Shown here piece by piece: positions 61,169 through 64,000 of a DNA stretch of 64,000 nucleotides. A program made the position numbers and the translations under genes. Within the stretch, counting starts at the first letter, position 1. Each line of letters starts with the position of its first letter. Source of the DNA: an uncultured delta proteobacterium (lineage in GTDB: Bacteria > Desulfobacterota > Binatia > UBA9968); contig CAVYTU010000014.1 in assembly GCA_963771465.1 (NCBI GenBank), forward strand, positions 384,001 through 448,000, read 5' to 3'. The notes beneath the pieces are model-generated. The model worked only from the letters and a program-made list of their open reading frames with translations. It was not told the DNA's origin and did not search any database.

Positions 61169-64000
61169 ATGAGCGTAAAATCCATTCCATCCGAGTTACC
61201 GCGGACACCGTCACTCGTTTCTCGGCTGTTGTTCGTCTTCAACTTTAAGCGGCTCAAAGTTTGGCTCTGGTGGCTGGCTCTCTTTGCGATCATCGCCGCC
61301 TGCGTCTTTATTGAAATCCAGACCTCGCTTTTGCAGTCTTGGTTTTTCACCAGCACCAACGAGCGGATCTTCTATACGCTGCAAGACGGCCGCAGCAGCG
61401 AGATTCTTTTTCCGCGCTCGGCGCCATTCGACGATCGGCGCGGTTACTCGAAGCTGCCAGCGTTTCAGTCCAAGCTGGAAGCCCAAGGCTATAAAGTCCG
61501 TCAACAGACACGGCAGTCGGAAACCATGTTGACGTTCCTGGAGCGCGGCGTGTCGCCGCCGTATATGGAACGGCCCGACACCGGCCTTGAGATCACGGGC
61601 GCCGACGGCGCGCCCCTGTTTCGCTACGCTCAGGCGGACTTTCTCTTCGAAAAATTAAGCGGCATCCCGCCATTGTTGGTAAAAACGTTGCTGTTTCTCG
61701 AAAACCGCGACCTCGACCGTCCAGCCACCTCGTGGCAAAACCCGGTGATCGAATGGGATCGCACTTTCAAAGCGTCGCTCTTCTACATCGGCTCCAAGCT
61801 GCAACTGCCCGTTGCCGCGCAGGGCGGTAGCACGCTTGCCGTTCAGTTGGAAAAGTTTCGCCACTCGCCCAACGGCCGCACCGACAGCCCGGCGGAAAAA
61901 TTGCGCCAAATCGTCGGCGCCAGCCTCAAAGCCTACCGCGAAGGTCCCAACACGCGCGCCTGGCGCGAGCGCATTATTGTCGATTATTTGAACACCGTCC
62001 CGCTAGCGGCGGCGCCGAGCTACGGCGAGATCCATGGCTTGGGCGAAGGTCTCCACGCCTGGTTTGGTATGCAGTTGCGCGACGTCGTTGCCGCGCTCCA
62101 TATGCCGGGCAACAGTCCGGCAAAACTGCGCGCCTTCAAGCACGTGTTAACCCTGCTCATTTCGGTGCGCGCGCCGACGGTTTTCCTAGTCGATGAGCGC
62201 GTCTCGCTGGAAGACAAAGTCGGCCAATTTACCCGGCTCATGGCCCGCGCCGGCATCATCGACTGGGAATTCGCGGCTGAATTGCAACAAATGCCGATCA
62301 AATTCTTGCCCACCGCGCCGCTGCCGCCGCAGCCGTCATCGGTGAAAAACAAAGCCGCCAATGCGATTCGCAACACCATGATGGATTCACTCGGCGTGAC
62401 CAATCTCTACGATCTTAACCGCCTGCATCTGCGGGTCGACAGCAGCATCGACGTACCCTTGCAAAAACGTGTCACGGAATTCTTTGGCCGCTTGGCCGAC
62501 AAACAAGTGGTCGACTCGCTGGGTTTGAACGGCGAGCACATGCTCGAAAACGACGATCCCAGCAAGCTGATCTACTCGTTTCTGTTAGTCGAGGCGACGC
62601 CGGCCGCCAATCTGGTGCGTGTACAGGCGGATAATTTCGCCGCGCCCTTCGATTTTAACAAGAGCGTCAAGCTGGAGCTCGGCAGCACCGCTAAGTTGCG
62701 CACCTTGACTCATTACCTAGAGCTCATTGCCGAGTTGCACAAAGCGTTGTCCGGTCTAGACAACGGCGCCTTGAAGCAGCGGGCAGCGTCCGCGCGCGAT
62801 CCAATGACCAAATGGGCGGCGGAAACCTTGCTCGAAGAGAAGTCGATAGCGTTACAGCCATTCCTCGACAAGGCGATGGCGCGCCGCTACGCGGCCAGTC
62901 CTCATGAAACGTTTTTCACCGGCGGCGGCGTGCATCATTTCGAGAATTTCGACGACAAGGACGATAATCAAATTTTCGAACTGCGCGACGCCTTCCGCAA
63001 CTCGACCAATCTGGTCTTCATCCGCCTGATGCGCGAGCTCGCCCAGTACCATCGCGCCCGTCTGGCCTATAACGCCGATGATGTTCTGAGCAATCCGGCC
63101 AATGCCGACCGGCAGAAAATGCTCCAGGAAATTGCCGAGGAAGAATCCCGCGCCGCGCTACGCCGCGCCTATCAGAACTTCGCCAAGCAGCCGCCTGAAG
63201 AAATCGTCAAACGGCTGCTCGGCGCCAAGGGCCACTTGGAGCGTCGCTTGGCGATCTTGTTTTTCGCTTGGCGTATCGGCAGCGACGAGGAAGCGCTGCG
63301 AGCCTGGCTAACCAAACATCGAGTGAACACCGCGGAGATTGACATGGCGAGACTCTTTCGCGCCTTTCACAATCCGCGCTTGACGCTCATCGATTATGCC
63401 TATTTGCTCGGCCTCCATCCGCTCGATCTTTGGTGCGCCAGCGCTTATCGCAACGATGCCAATCTAACCTGGGAAAAACTTTGGACCGACAGCAGCGAAG
63501 CACGCCGCGTCGGCTCTTCGTGGCTGCTCAGTAATCGCGCCCACCGGGCGCAGGATTTGCGCCTGCGTATTCGCATGGAGAAAGACGCTTTCAACCGCAT
63601 GGCGCCCTACTGGCAAGGGCTCGGCTTTCCGTTCAAAACGTTGGTGCCAACCTACGCTACCGCGATCGGCAGTTCATCGGATCGTCCCGTGGCGCTGGCG
63701 GAATTGGTCGGCATCTTGGTCAACGACGGGGTGCGCCGCCCGGCTTCAAGCCTGACCAAAGTCCATTTCGCCGGCAACACCCCTTACGAAACCGTGCTCG
63801 AACCAAGCCAGCCCAAAGGCGAGCGGGTGCTAGCCGTCGAAGTCGCCCGCACCGTGCGCCGAGCCATGGCGACCGTCGTCGAGCAAGGCACCGCACGCCG
63901 CCTGAACGGCGCCTTTAAATTATCCTCTGGCGAAGTCGTCACAGCCGGCGGCAAGACCGGTTCCGGCGACAACCGCTTCGAAACATTCAATCGTGCCGGC
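61169..64000 (+). CDS. Large GT51 transglycosylase / transpeptidase (class A PBP-like), 3'-truncated
   Basis: Missed by the ORF track (no stop). N-terminal TM, LLFLENRDL, QGGSTLAVQLEK, GSTAK (SxxK), STN (SxN), GGKTGSG. Confidence 0.85.
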   Translation, partial: MSVKSIPSELPRTPSLVSRLLFVFNFKRLKVWLWWLALFAIIAACVFIEIQTSLLQSWFFTSTNERIFYTLQDGRSSEILFPRSAPFDDRRGYSKLPAFQSKLEAQGYKVRQQTRQSETMLTFLERGVSPPYMERPDTGLEITGADGAPLFRYAQADFLFEKLSGIPPLLVKTLLFLENRDLDRPATSWQNPVIEWDRTFKASLFYIGSKLQLPVAAQGGSTLAVQLEKFRHSPNGRTDSPAEKLRQIVGASLKAYREGPNTRAWRERIIVDYLNTVPLAAAPSYGEIHGLGEGLHAWFGMQLRDVVAALHMPGNSPAKLRAFKHVLTLLISVRAPTVFLVDERVSLEDKVGQFTRLMARAGIIDWEFAAELQQMPIKFLPTAPLPPQPSSVKNKAANAIRNTMMDSLGVTNLYDLNRLHLRVDSSIDVPLQKRVTEFFGRLADKQVVDSLGLNGEHMLENDDPSKLIYSFLLVEATPAANLVRVQADNFAAPFDFNKSVKLELGSTAKLRTLTHYLELIAELHKALSGLDNGALKQRAASARDPMTKWAAETLLEEKSIALQPFLDKAMARRYAASPHETFFTGGGVHHFENFDDKDDNQIFELRDAFRNSTNLVFIRLMRELAQYHRARLAYNADDVLSNPANADRQKMLQEIAEEESRAALRRAYQNFAKQPPEEIVKRLLGAKGHLERRLAILFFAWRIGSDEEALRAWLTKHRVNTAEIDMARLFRAFHNPRLTLIDYAYLLGLHPLDLWCASAYRNDANLTWEKLWTDSSEARRVGSSWLLSNRAHRAQDLRLRIRMEKDAFNRMAPYWQGLGFPFKTLVPTYATAIGSSSDRPVALAELVGILVNDGVRRPASSLTKVHFAGNTPYETVLEPSQPKGERVLAVEVARTVRRAMATVVEQGTARRLNGAFKLSSGEVVTAGGKTGSGDNRFETFNRAG

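Overview
A GC-rich bacterial chromosomal segment. The gene families and intergenic repeat style resemble Candidatus Binatota (ex-Deltaproteobacteria) MAGs; this is inference, as the window has no marker gene. Housekeeping content: putA, tlpA-ccdA-folE-pepA-trxA, mreB-mreC-mreD-mrdA-rodA, ppiD, lipB-lipA, a TRAP transporter plus amidase, glcD-glcF-glcE, garR, an MltD-like lytic transglycosylase and a truncated class-A PBP-like gene. There are many orphan solute-binding proteins and three broken transport genes. No rRNA, tRNA, CRISPR or transposase was seen. Main observations: (1) a co-directional cyclic-nucleotide module (dCache-GAF histidine kinase, receiver, REC-class III cyclase with non-canonical specificity residues, MBL hydrolase, solute-binding protein) ending in an SLC13/DASS transporter fused to a cNMP-binding domain and MalT-like winged-helix/TPR segments; (2) an OsmC-like selenoprotein split by the ORF caller at an in-frame UGA with a SECIS-like hairpin; (3) a stand-alone transcription unit encoding the 15-aa peptide MAAKKKAKKKAKKKK; (4) two MITE-like insertions with CCGGATT termini and 4-bp direct repeats; (5) several short-period intergenic repeat families.
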